NCBI GenBank assembly: GCA_964495805.1
Contig: CAZBWV010000038.1
Coordinates: forward strand, 14,676 to 78,675
Direction: 5' to 3'
DNA: 64,000 nucleotides
Origin: an uncultured Calditrichaceae bacterium
GTDB taxonomy: Bacteria; Calditrichota; Calditrichia; RBG-13-44-9
Part shown: one piece after another, positions 54,927-64,000 of the stretch
How positions within the stretch are numbered: the stretch's first letter is position 1
Layout: the number at the start of each line of letters is the position of its first letter
Program-made: the position numbers and the translations under genes
Notes under the pieces: model-generated
What the model saw: the letters and a program-made list of their open reading frames with translations, nothing else
Databases searched by the model: none
What the model was told of the DNA's origin: nothing

Positions 54927-57074
54927 TTAATGCCCGTTTCTGTGTTTCGTTCCCTGAACAATTTTCGGTCCCTCCATTTTTACTACAACGACAGTCACAT
55001 CGTCCTGGAGCTTCCGATTGCCGCAATAATTCTTCACCTCCTGCACAATGCGTTCCGCCAGTTCGCGAGCTGTAGCAGTGTGGTACGTCCGAATCAATTC
55101 TTGAAGCCTTTCCTTACCGAACATTTCCCCTTTTTCATTCTCCGCTTCCCAGATGCCATCGGTGCCGATCACCACAACATCGCCCTGTTTTAACTGTTTC
55201 GGTCCTGTTTCAGAAAAAGCAACACCAGATAAAAACCCCAGCGGAATTCCTTCTCCTTCCAACTGCTCTATTTTTCCGGAGTCATATTGCCACCATAAAG
55301 CGGGATCGTGCCCGGCAGTGGCCCAAAACAGTTTACCGGTCGCAGGTTGCCACTTCAACGCAAATAGTGTAACAAACTTCTGGGGTTCGGTATCCGCAAC
55401 CAGCTGGGCATTGGTGGCAGCAAGCGCCCGAGACAAATCTCCGTTAAACTGCCGCAGGTTATTCCGCATCAATGCTCTGGCCATTGCCATTAGTAAGGCA
55501 GCCGCAATCCCGTGTCCGGAAACATCCCCCAGCAGCACCACAATCTGTTCGGTTTCACCGTCCTGCAACCACAGAAAGTCGTAAAAATCGCCTCCGGTTT
55601 CATCGCTGTAAGCACACATACCTGCCACATGAAAGCCATTTTTCCGGAAATCAACTTCCGGCAACAACCGCTGCTGGATCAACCGGGCGGCTTCCAGCGA
55701 GGTTTTCATCTCTTCCCGCTCTTTTAAATACGGCCCTATGCGGTTAAACACCCCGGCTAATTCTTCCAGTTCGTCAGCAGTATGAACATCCGCCCGCACC
55801 GAGAAATCCCCTTCCGCCAATAGCCGACTTTTTTCGGTTAGTTCGCGAATAGGCGAGACGATCCGTCGGGAAAATCGGGTCGCTCCCAGCACTGCCACCA
55901 ATCCGACTATCAGAGAAAAAATCAGTGAATAATAAAGCCAGCGCACATTTCGATTCAGGATTTCATATCTGGTTTGCTTTACCAACGCTTCCAGATTCCG
56001 GTAAGGAACAATCAGGATGGGATAAATCCGCTTTTCAGAAAATCCGCGATAGACCCACAATGCCGATTTTCCCCGATATTCCATCCTTCGAATTCCCCCT
56101 TTACCCGCACGAATGTCCTGAACCATTTCGCGAAAAGATTGTTGATCGACAGAAGTCAGATACTTCCGCTCCACCGGAATCCTCCAGTTGCGGTGAGTGG
56201 TGCTGTAATCCAGCTGAACGTAAACAGGAAGGCGGTCCGTTTCTTCGGCTCCCTGGGCATCGATGAGAAAAGCGTGGGCATCTTCCGACCAATCCTTTGG
56301 TAACACCTTTACCAGGCGTAAAATGTCCAGAATTCGCACATCGACGGCAGTAACTCCGATGAATTCCCCCTGCGGATTAATTAAAGGGGCGGACACGGTA
56401 ATCAGCAACTGCCGCGTGAAGGCATCCACATAGGGAGCCGACCATTGCAGACGCCCGCTCTCCTGAGCCTGTCGGTACCACAGGCGAGTACGGGGATCAT
56501 AATTTACCGGTATCTCATTCCCTGCCGGATAGACTCCCATCACTCCGGATTCCAGGGCAGTATATTGCCAGAGAATCCCCTTCGGCAACCGCCTGCGCAA
56601 ACGTGCATAGAGTGGGGTCATTTGTTGAAGGCGGACAACATCGCGGGAGTTCATCCCCATCTGTTGGGAATTTACCGAAAAAATGGATTGACGGGTCCAA
56701 TCCACCTTCAAACGGATTGAATCACCTGAAGGCGTAAACCGAAAAAAGATTTGATGGGCAATCTCCCCCGGAATGGGAGAGATTGGTCCAGGGGACAAAG
56801 CCGGGGAAGGAGACACCGTGGCATGTTCAAATCCGGATTTCTGAATTTCCACCAGCGATTCCAGTAGAGAGCTCTGAAGGCGGAGGTCATCTTCGAATTC
56901 TTCCAGAATCCGGGCCATGGAATTTTGCGCAAATTGCTCCACGACCCGGTTCAAATTTTGCGAAACTTTCCGGGCAGTGACAAAAAGGGAGAACCAATAA
57001 AACGACCCTGCCAGAACAAGTGGAATCACCGAAGCGGCAACAAATGCCAGCATCATTTTCTTACGAATGGACAT
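54927..57074 (-). CDS. dCache-HAMP-PP2C (SpoIIE) transmembrane phosphatase
   Basis: TM, YDPRTRLWY...PYVD...AVD Cache motif, TM, HAMP (DELEELA), GGDFYD, GDVSGHG, AGH, GTDGIWE, DDVT. Confidence 0.88.
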   Translation of the reverse strand: MSIRKKMMLAFVAASVIPLVLAGSFYWFSLFVTARKVSQNLNRVVEQFAQNSMARILEEFEDDLRLQSSLLESLVEIQKSGFEHATVSPSPALSPGPISPIPGEIAHQIFFRFTPSGDSIRLKVDWTRQSIFSVNSQQMGMNSRDVVRLQQMTPLYARLRRRLPKGILWQYTALESGVMGVYPAGNEIPVNYDPRTRLWYRQAQESGRLQWSAPYVDAFTRQLLITVSAPLINPQGEFIGVTAVDVRILDILRLVKVLPKDWSEDAHAFLIDAQGAEETDRLPVYVQLDYSTTHRNWRIPVERKYLTSVDQQSFREMVQDIRAGKGGIRRMEYRGKSALWVYRGFSEKRIYPILIVPYRNLEALVKQTRYEILNRNVRWLYYSLIFSLIVGLVAVLGATRFSRRIVSPIRELTEKSRLLAEGDFSVRADVHTADELEELAGVFNRIGPYLKEREEMKTSLEAARLIQQRLLPEVDFRKNGFHVAGMCAYSDETGGDFYDFLWLQDGETEQIVVLLGDVSGHGIAAALLMAMARALMRNNLRQFNGDLSRALAATNAQLVADTEPQKFVTLFALKWQPATGKLFWATAGHDPALWWQYDSGKIEQLEGEGIPLGFLSGVAFSETGPKQLKQGDVVVIGTDGIWEAENEKGEMFGKERLQELIRTYHTATARELAERIVQEVKNYCGNRKLQDDVTVVVVKMEGPKIVQGTKHRNGH

Positions 57075-57099
57075 GGGGAATTCCCGTTTCTCTTCCCCG

Positions 57100-57798
57100 T
57101 TACAATCGAATAATCAGACCTGCGGTGACGTCTCCCTGAACAATGGTTGTGGTGGAGCCGATCCCTACCGAACATCCGCCAGTGCCACACCACAGTCCGC
57201 CGCTGCCCCAGATTAATGGGAACAGAGCCCGGGCCTGAAGGCGCAGTCCTATCCGCTCGGTAAGGTAAAACTTCAACCCACCCCCCAGGGAAGCAGAAAA
57301 GAACCATTCATCCGAATATCGGGCGCTGGTGGGATGAAATAGAACAGCCCCGAAAGACAACGAAATAAACGGTAGCACATTATTCCGTTGCAACCCGTAC
57401 ACACCCCCAAGCTGCATGTAATGAGTGTACAGGTTAAAAAGCGGCTCGGTAATTCCGGTAAAGTAATCCTTTTTGTCCAATCGGGATTTCTGCATAATCC
57501 ACAGCAATTCAAATTGAGTACCGGTTTTGTACGGCAGATCAAAATTGACCGCTATACCAAAGTTCTCAGCATCGTCAATATTGATTTCTCCTTCGTACAC
57601 GTTGTGGCTGCCACCGAATTGGTAGCCCACAAACGGGGTAATTTCAATCCCACGGGTGTGACCACTTTCGTACATGGGAGAAATGGTCTGAGAGCTTCCC
57701 GGGATGGTCCATCCCACAACCAGTAACAGCAGTACTCCCCACGATGCTCTCGGAAGTTGTAAACGGAACTGCCTGGTAAAAAATTCAAATGATTTCAT
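57100..57798 (-). CDS. Outer-membrane beta-barrel
   Basis: Start set at MKSFEF; EITPFVGYQFGG; GGGLKF; GLRLQAR. Confidence 0.72.
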   Translation of the reverse strand: MKSFEFFTRQFRLQLPRASWGVLLLLVVGWTIPGSSQTISPMYESGHTRGIEITPFVGYQFGGSHNVYEGEINIDDAENFGIAVNFDLPYKTGTQFELLWIMQKSRLDKKDYFTGITEPLFNLYTHYMQLGGVYGLQRNNVLPFISLSFGAVLFHPTSARYSDEWFFSASLGGGLKFYLTERIGLRLQARALFPLIWGSGGLWCGTGGCSVGIGSTTTIVQGDVTAGLIIRL

Positions 57799-57925
57799 AA
57801 CACTCCCTTTTTTTCCTGAAAATGTTGATGAATGTCGATGTTGTTTTCTGTTATCGAAAGGCATAACAAAAATTAGCGATTGAAGAAATTCCTTTCCTCA
57901 ACCGCTTACGGGTAATACAAATAAT

Positions 57926-58408
57926 CTACTTGTGATCAGGTGCCGGTATATCATCCGGTTCAATCAGCGGAAGTTGTTGGGCAATCTGAATTTCCAGAAT
58001 CAAATCCAACTGATTTTCCAGCTGAATCCACTGAGCTGCCCGGACGGGATTCAAAGCTTTTTTCACCTTGTTGTAATACTTCTCTTTCAACTTCAGTTGT
58101 TTCTCTTTAATCTTGAAGCTTTCTTTCACCAGCTTTTCCGCTTTATCGTTCGATAAATCATCGTAATTTTCCACGTAATCTTTGAGCAGTGCCAGCATCC
58201 GATCGCCCAATTTAGCACGCTCTGCTTCGTATTCCCGATAAATGGGCCAGAAAACTTTCGATTCCGCATCGGTAAAATTCATCACATTCACTATCACCGC
58301 CTTCTTTTCCGTCTTCAAGTCGGAACGAAGCAGTTCCATGTAAGCATTTTCCTGAGCATAAGCCAGAACCGCTACTACCAGAATAAAAAATAATACATAC
58401 TTTTTCAT
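57926..58408 (-). CDS. Exported all-helical protein (Spy/CpxP-like fold possible)
   Basis: Start set at MKKYV after AAGGAG; signal peptide; FWPIYREY; charged helices. Confidence 0.65.
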   Translation of the reverse strand: MKKYVLFFILVVAVLAYAQENAYMELLRSDLKTEKKAVIVNVMNFTDAESKVFWPIYREYEAERAKLGDRMLALLKDYVENYDDLSNDKAEKLVKESFKIKEKQLKLKEKYYNKVKKALNPVRAAQWIQLENQLDLILEIQIAQQLPLIEPDDIPAPDHK

Positions 58409-58537
58409 TATACTTCTCCTTATGATTTTGTTCATTATTGAACTTAAACGTCTCAAGATAAATCTGATTTTTTGGCAAATCCACAAAAGATATAGATGAA
58501 TCAGGTATGCAAAAGTTACCAAATCCAGACACGAAAG

Positions 58538-59926
58538 CTAAAACCGCATGGAGAGACCTAATAAAATTTTTAGCCGATGGGTAATTACCTTCCCAATCTC
58601 TCGCACGTCGCTACCCATCGAATTCTCCATCCGGGTATCGAAATAACCGGGAGTTTTTAATTTCTCCCCACCATAGGAATAGGAAAATCCCAGGGTGAAA
58701 TAGGAATTCCACACAAAAAAGGCACTTCCCAGAGAAAAGTGATAAAGGTCCCAGCTGGTCATGGAAAGACGGGATTCGCTACCGGGGATGTAAGCGGAGC
58801 GATCCACGATAAACCCTGAATACAGAGTAAATCGGTGGGACAATTTGTGCTCAGCGGCTACACCCCAGTTAAACACCGAACTCAACTCATGCATCACTTC
58901 CGGATGGTTTTCTCCGTTCGCACTTTTTAGTACGGGATACAGAGGAATTTTATTAAACCATTCACCGGTAATATGAATCTGGGCATTCCGTACGCGATAG
59001 GAAGCCCCCAGAGCAATGTAACCGGAAGAATGATAGCGGGTGATCATACTCTCCTGGTAATAGGCTCCTATTTCGGATTGAAAAGCCGGTATCCATCCTT
59101 CCGAGGAAAGGCGAGAGGAAGCCAGAAAAGACCATCCGTTGCCCATAATATGGAATCCCGGGGTGGTAAAGGTGATTCCCAGGGTGAGCGGCGTGTAATC
59201 CACAAACAAGCCAATTTTCCAGAAGGTACGCACTGCCCAGAAGGAAAATTCGTCGATGTACAGGCGGGACTCGTTTCCGCTATCGGGAATGGCCTTCTGC
59301 CAGATATTTTGCGAACGAGTGCGCTGGTTACGTAAAGCAAAAAATTCGGTGACTCCCAGACTAATTCGGCTATTGTATTTGTACGCCCAGGTCACCCCCA
59401 TCCAGCCTTCGGTAATCCGCTCGTGAAATCGGATTTCGTCAAACTGAGTGTATTCCTCCCCGCTGACACCTGCCGTACTGGAGGGTTGCACAGCCCGACG
59501 TCCTTCCAGATTAATCTCGAAATCATGACGGGTCAAATAGGAAATCACCCAGTTGCTTCGCTTTAATCCGCCCAACCGGGCACGCACTGCAAATATGATA
59601 GGTGCGGGTTTGGCCTGCAAATAATCCAGCTTTTTACCGGTACCCAACACATCCTCCCACCGAAAATAATTAACCTCGAAAGCAGCTGTGGTAAGCACCA
59701 TGGTGGAATCCTTAATGGAGGGCAACGCACCCGGATTGTAATACACCGAGCTTAAATCTTTCACACTTCCCACCACCATTCCGCCTAACAATTGGGCTTT
59801 GGTACCATACTGATTGGTCCAGTAATGGGCATCCTGGGCATAGATCACTATGGTTTGGGCAAACCCAATCAACAAAAGTAACGTTATAATATTTTGGACG
59901 GGTAATACGCGCAATCGGTTTTTCAT
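58538..59926 (-). CDS. FadL-like outer-membrane beta-barrel
   Basis: Signal peptide; QYGTKAQLLGG; SVYYNPGAL; C-terminal Phe. Confidence 0.72.
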   Translation of the reverse strand: MKNRLRVLPVQNIITLLLLIGFAQTIVIYAQDAHYWTNQYGTKAQLLGGMVVGSVKDLSSVYYNPGALPSIKDSTMVLTTAAFEVNYFRWEDVLGTGKKLDYLQAKPAPIIFAVRARLGGLKRSNWVISYLTRHDFEINLEGRRAVQPSSTAGVSGEEYTQFDEIRFHERITEGWMGVTWAYKYNSRISLGVTEFFALRNQRTRSQNIWQKAIPDSGNESRLYIDEFSFWAVRTFWKIGLFVDYTPLTLGITFTTPGFHIMGNGWSFLASSRLSSEGWIPAFQSEIGAYYQESMITRYHSSGYIALGASYRVRNAQIHITGEWFNKIPLYPVLKSANGENHPEVMHELSSVFNWGVAAEHKLSHRFTLYSGFIVDRSAYIPGSESRLSMTSWDLYHFSLGSAFFVWNSYFTLGFSYSYGGEKLKTPGYFDTRMENSMGSDVREIGKVITHRLKILLGLSMRF

Positions 59927-59959
59927 GAATTACCGTAGGTTTCGCCTGAAATCGGTGGA

Positions 59960-60514
59960 TTAGCGTGTAGCGGGCGGGAATCTGGATAAAATCTGAGAGA
60001 TAGTAAAATCCACTTCATACTGAATCCGCTCCGGATTGCGGAAATTATGCATCTGGCGAACCGCCCAACCACGCCAGATAACCCGACCGGAGGTTCCTTC
60101 CAAAAAACTTATCTTTAGCGTACCGACTTCATACTCATGTTCCACAATTTGCGATTCATCTTCCGGTTTCCACTGGGGATCGTATTTTTCTCGACCTCCC
60201 AGGTCTTCGATCTCCACCTTTTTTTCCACTTTAAAACTTACTGTTACCGTCAAATCTGCTTGCCCGGTGGAATCAATTTTCTGAAACCCTTTTCCTTCCA
60301 ACACATGATCCACTGCATAGTGTATCATTTCCGGCAAGCGCGGCTCTCGAATAAGTTGATCCTCTGGGATGGAATCCTGCGCTGCCCAGCGGTAAGTTCG
60401 ATACGAACGAAAATTTAAATTCCGGTCATAATCCGTGTAAACCGTTAAACTGGAACAACCGATTTCCAGAAGTAAAAAAGCTAATCCCAGCAACCATACC
60501 CGGGTTCGTTTCAT
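59960..60514 (-). CDS. DUF4136 lipoprotein
   Basis: Lipobox EIGC; DYDRNLNF; YEVGTL; VIWRG; RFPP. Confidence 0.82.
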   Translation of the reverse strand: MKRTRVWLLGLAFLLLEIGCSSLTVYTDYDRNLNFRSYRTYRWAAQDSIPEDQLIREPRLPEMIHYAVDHVLEGKGFQKIDSTGQADLTVTVSFKVEKKVEIEDLGGREKYDPQWKPEDESQIVEHEYEVGTLKISFLEGTSGRVIWRGWAVRQMHNFRNPERIQYEVDFTISQILSRFPPATR

Positions 60515-60760
60515 GAACAAGTCCCCCACAGCTTTGTTGACCAAACGAAGGGATTAATATACAAAGGTCAAACCTCCTGCGAAATTTTAAATTTTTATTC
60601 CGAAACGTTTCCGGAACCGAATGCTTTTTTTACGTTTTTCCTGCTAACCCGGTTAAACACTAAACAGCTAAAACCCAATTAAGAGACAGAAAAGACTCCC
60701 ATGAAAGGGAAGAGCGTCCAATCCGTTTTATCTTTTTATATTTGCCTTCTGCCCATCAAA

Positions 60761-61525
60761 TTAAAAGTTGTAATATTTGGCCGGTACGTACCGGTATCTT
60801 CGTCCGATGTTTATTACCAGTTGAACGACCGGGATACCTGCCCATGCCCAGTAATTGCCTTTATTGGTGGCACTTATCAAATAATTAAAATTAAGAGTAT
60901 GCCGAAAATCCACGATGTAAGAAACTCCGGGACCAAAACGGATATATTGAAATCCATTAAAATTTTTCTGCCAGCGGTAAAATGCACCAGCGGCAAACGT
61001 GATCATGGCACTGGTGGCAATTTTATGATTCACAAATACAGCGTATCGTAGCCCATTATCCCAGTTGCCGGAATTATCGGCATCCACCTGCCATTTTACC
61101 TGATGAACCAGCTGGGTTCGCCGGAAAATGTGCTTAAACAAAATACCAAAACCGGGTCTGAATTCCACTTCGGTGGGTTTGATGCTGAAGCGAAAATCGG
61201 GAACAATTTCCAGCTTTTTACTGTACAGGTAGTTCACCGCACCTTCCACAAACCAGTTATCCAGTTGTTGCATGTTATCTTCCAGGCGTACCTGCCATTC
61301 ACCGGAATATCGCCAACTTCCTGTGCCCCCGGCAACCTTGTTGCCCATATAAATCTGGTTGTCCCAGTTGGGATGGGGTGGCTGCTGCGCCATAAGCGAA
61401 GTGGTTAAAACCATCGCCCAGCACAGTATGACGATTTTTATCAAAAGAAAACTCAAACGGTTATATTGTACCACAATGCTCACATCATAGCTTGATTTCA
61501 CACAGATTACACGGACATTCGGCAA
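60761..61525 (-). CDS. DUF2490-like outer-membrane beta-barrel (start codon uncertain)
   Basis: Amphipathic strands, RYAVFVN, C-terminal YYNF; true start probably downstream of 61525. Confidence 0.55.
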   Translation of the reverse strand: MPNVRVICVKSSYDVSIVVQYNRLSFLLIKIVILCWAMVLTTSLMAQQPPHPNWDNQIYMGNKVAGGTGSWRYSGEWQVRLEDNMQQLDNWFVEGAVNYLYSKKLEIVPDFRFSIKPTEVEFRPGFGILFKHIFRRTQLVHQVKWQVDADNSGNWDNGLRYAVFVNHKIATSAMITFAAGAFYRWQKNFNGFQYIRFGPGVSYIVDFRHTLNFNYLISATNKGNYWAWAGIPVVQLVINIGRRYRYVPAKYYNF

Positions 61526-61577
61526 TATGCTTTGGTTTTCCGAATCTCATCGGATTTTCAAACAGATATACTCCCTA

Positions 61578-62219
61578 CTATTTTTTAGAAGCGGAATATT
61601 TCCCTACCAGTAAAGCGATTAGAATAGCTACGTACATTTGTCCGGAAATACTGATTAACATGGCCAGCGACTTGGCAGATTGCGAAACCGGGACAATATC
61701 GCCATATCCCAGCGTGGTCATGGTCACAAAGGTGTAATAAATAATATTGGGTCCCAGGTCACCGGTCTGGTTGTTGATGGCAAAAGCGTGTGGATCGAAT
61801 CGAACCACCATTCCCACAAATAGAGAAAAAGTTAAACCAATTAGTAAGTATCCATTAATGGCTTCAAAAATGACGGCTGCATCCACCTGTTGACTGCGGG
61901 CAATTTGTGCCACCAGTTTACTGATCACCAGTGTAAAAAAAATAATGGTGAACAATCCGGAGATGCTGAAGAGCTGTGGTAATTTAAAAATTTGGGAAAT
62001 CCACACCAACACAAATGCCAGCACGGCGCCAGCTGTAAGGGTGCGATTACGTTTTTCCAGAGAAAAAACCGAAGCCAGGAAGATAAACGAATAAGCAATG
62101 TTATAAAACACTTCCTGTATTCGTCCCGAAATCATAGGAATGACAAAAATGGTGGAAAATACCACGATAAAGAGTAACGAATTGTTTTGAAATATACTGG
62201 ACAAACGTTTACGGTTCAT
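61578..62219 (-). CDS. Potassium channel family protein (Ion_trans_2)
   Basis: Selectivity filter TMTTLGYGD; preceding TMs; AINGYLLIG. Confidence 0.88.
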   Translation of the reverse strand: MNRKRLSSIFQNNSLLFIVVFSTIFVIPMISGRIQEVFYNIAYSFIFLASVFSLEKRNRTLTAGAVLAFVLVWISQIFKLPQLFSISGLFTIIFFTLVISKLVAQIARSQQVDAAVIFEAINGYLLIGLTFSLFVGMVVRFDPHAFAINNQTGDLGPNIIYYTFVTMTTLGYGDIVPVSQSAKSLAMLISISGQMYVAILIALLVGKYSASKK

Positions 62220-62264
62220 GGTTTGATACCTGAATCTTCGAATGGAGTTTAAGAACGTACATGG

Positions 62265-63596
62265 TTATGAATTCTCCCGGGTACCAGGAAGGACCAGCAG
62301 CAGAATACCTACTCCAAGCATGGCAGCAACGAAGGAACCTCCGATAATCCCGATTTTAGCAGCATCCAGCAACGGTCCTTCAACTGCCAGGCCAGCAATA
62401 AACAACGCCATAGTAAATCCAATTCCTCCCAGAAAACCACCCCCGATCAAGATTTTCCAATTCAACCCTTCCGGCAGGCTTTTTGTCACCAGTTTGACAA
62501 TTAACCAGGTAAACAGGACAATTCCCACCATTTTGCCAATGACCAGACCCCCCATGACTGCTACGGCTACAGAATTTAAAAAATCGGAAAAATGAATAAC
62601 CACCCCAGCATTGGCCAGTGCAAAAACGGGCATGATGAAAAAACTGCTCCAGGGATGCAGCCGGTCCTCCAGATATTCCAGCGGTGAGATCACCTCCCGG
62701 GAAGCACGCTGAAAAGCACGCACCTTTTCTCCTTTGTGTTCCTCCGCTTCCCACTCACCGCCGTAAAGCACCTGATTGGCCCGGGCCAGAATTCGGGCAA
62801 ACTTACCGGTACTGATGCGGCTTCGTACCGGGGTAAGAAGTCCCAGAAGAACTCCGGCAATGGTTGCATGAACTCCGGACTCATGAAATCCCAGCCAGAC
62901 AAAGACACCCAGCACGGTGTAAACGGCAAAACTACGCACACCAATGCGGGACAGTAAAACCACCACCCCCAATCCCACAAATGCCAGAGCCAACGCAATT
63001 AAATTGATATCGGAGGTATATCCAATGGCAATTACCAGAATCGCACCGATATCATCCACAATTGCCAGGGTTAGCAGAAAAACTTTCAGGATGTGAGGAA
63101 CTCGTGATCCCAGTACTGCCATAATTCCCACCACAAACGCAATATCCGTTGCCATGGGAATTCCCCAACCATGTTCCCCCGGTTGGCCCTTCTGAATGGT
63201 TAAGTAAACGAACGCAGGAACCAGCATTCCCCCAACCGCCGCCGCAACCGGAAGGATTGCTCGTTTAAATTCCCGAAGTTCGCCAATCACCAGCTCACGC
63301 TTTACCTCCATTCCCACTACAAAAAAGAAAATGACCATCAGGCCGTCGCTTACCCAATGTTTCAGGGAATGATTGAATTCAATCGAACCGATGGTAATCC
63401 CCACATGAGTTTTCCAGAAAGCAAAATAACTTTCCGAAAAAGGAGAGTTTGCCCAGATGATGGCCACTGCCGTTGCGAATAACAACACCACTCCCCCGGA
63501 AGCTTCCACATGCATAAATCGCTTGATGGGTTCCAGCCAGCGACTCACTGGTTCCTGCGGAAGCAGGGACGATGTATCAGGATGTTTAGCTTCCAT
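62265..63596 (-). CDS. nhaA: Na+/H+ antiporter NhaA
   Basis: DGLMVIFFFVVGMEVKRE, GWGIPMATDIAF, LAIVDD, FALANAG, GKMVG, GIGFTMALFI; start at 63596 after GAGG. Confidence 0.95.
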   Translation of the reverse strand: MEAKHPDTSSLLPQEPVSRWLEPIKRFMHVEASGGVVLLFATAVAIIWANSPFSESYFAFWKTHVGITIGSIEFNHSLKHWVSDGLMVIFFFVVGMEVKRELVIGELREFKRAILPVAAAVGGMLVPAFVYLTIQKGQPGEHGWGIPMATDIAFVVGIMAVLGSRVPHILKVFLLTLAIVDDIGAILVIAIGYTSDINLIALALAFVGLGVVVLLSRIGVRSFAVYTVLGVFVWLGFHESGVHATIAGVLLGLLTPVRSRISTGKFARILARANQVLYGGEWEAEEHKGEKVRAFQRASREVISPLEYLEDRLHPWSSFFIMPVFALANAGVVIHFSDFLNSVAVAVMGGLVIGKMVGIVLFTWLIVKLVTKSLPEGLNWKILIGGGFLGGIGFTMALFIAGLAVEGPLLDAAKIGIIGGSFVAAMLGVGILLLVLPGTRENS

Positions 63597-64000
63597 AAAT
63601 TCCCTCAATGTTGGTTGCATTTAAAAATTTGGGAAAAACGAATATAAAATCCTTCTAAGATTTACCCATCCAGAAACGGAAAATGTTAATTAAAACCACT
63701 GTTGACTCAGATTGTACATGTCGGATATTTCCTTTCGTAACGACCCACCCTGGATTCAGGATATGGGTAAACTGCTGCGATTTTCATTACACTAAATAAG
63801 TTTGTCAGGTAGCGCTCGCTGTGGTTCTGCAAATTAATAAACACGTCCCGGATGCCTATAATTGAAAACATAAAAATTTATCAAACAATTTATGTCATTT
63901 CGATAGCTATTACAAGCAAAACATCCTGGCAAAACGGGCGGGGTTCTCAAACAAAATTAGACAACTGTCTGGTTTTGTGTAACGTATTCAGGAAACCTGA

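Noticed and set aside
63620-63800. Possible nhaA-associated riboswitch; a small GAAA-capped stem near 63720-63745 on the minus strand
   Set aside because: I could not match it to the nhaA-I/II or Na+ riboswitch consensus by eye; an Rfam cmscan would decide.
1-64000. CRISPR arrays, tRNA/rRNA genes, transposases, integrases
   Set aside because: No regularly spaced repeats, RNA gene signatures or recombinase motifs were found.

Overview
Chromosomal 64-kb window from a diderm bacterium. The gene content (S46 peptidase, group II GGGP synthase, Bacteroides-type glutamine synthetase, DUF4136 lipoproteins, many beta-barrels) together with clear AGGAG ribosome-binding sites suggests an FCB-superphylum lineage such as Calditrichota/KSB1; this is inference only. 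The standout is a seven-gene minus-strand Calvin-Benson-Bassham cluster, tkt-fba-rpe-glpX-cbbM-cbbY-prk (5564-13831). It pairs a catalytically intact Form II RuBisCO with a cyanobacterial/Chloroflexi-like (non-proteobacterial) phosphoribulokinase, and the window has no cbbR, cbbQO or rbcS. Directly upstream are a correctly spaced sigma54-like -24/-12 element (13877-13893), three alternating TGGCAC/GTGCCA half-sites at a 10-bp period (13984-14009), and a co-oriented sigma54 activator whose N-terminal sensor is a Rossmann fold (14773-16104). Together these suggest sigma54-dependent, possibly NAD(H)-gated, carbon fixation. A second notable locus is a membrane-anchored Cache-Schlafen(AlbA_2) fusion (40870-42513) heading a coupled operon with a polysaccharide deacetylase, a papain-like lipoprotein and a PlpD-type patatin. 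The rest is housekeeping and envelope genes, O2/iron-stress genes, ion transporters, and a ~19-kb block of about 11 beta-barrel genes plus three DUF4136 paralogues. No rRNA, tRNA, CRISPR array or mobile element was recognised. All family assignments are from motif recognition by eye; no searches were run.
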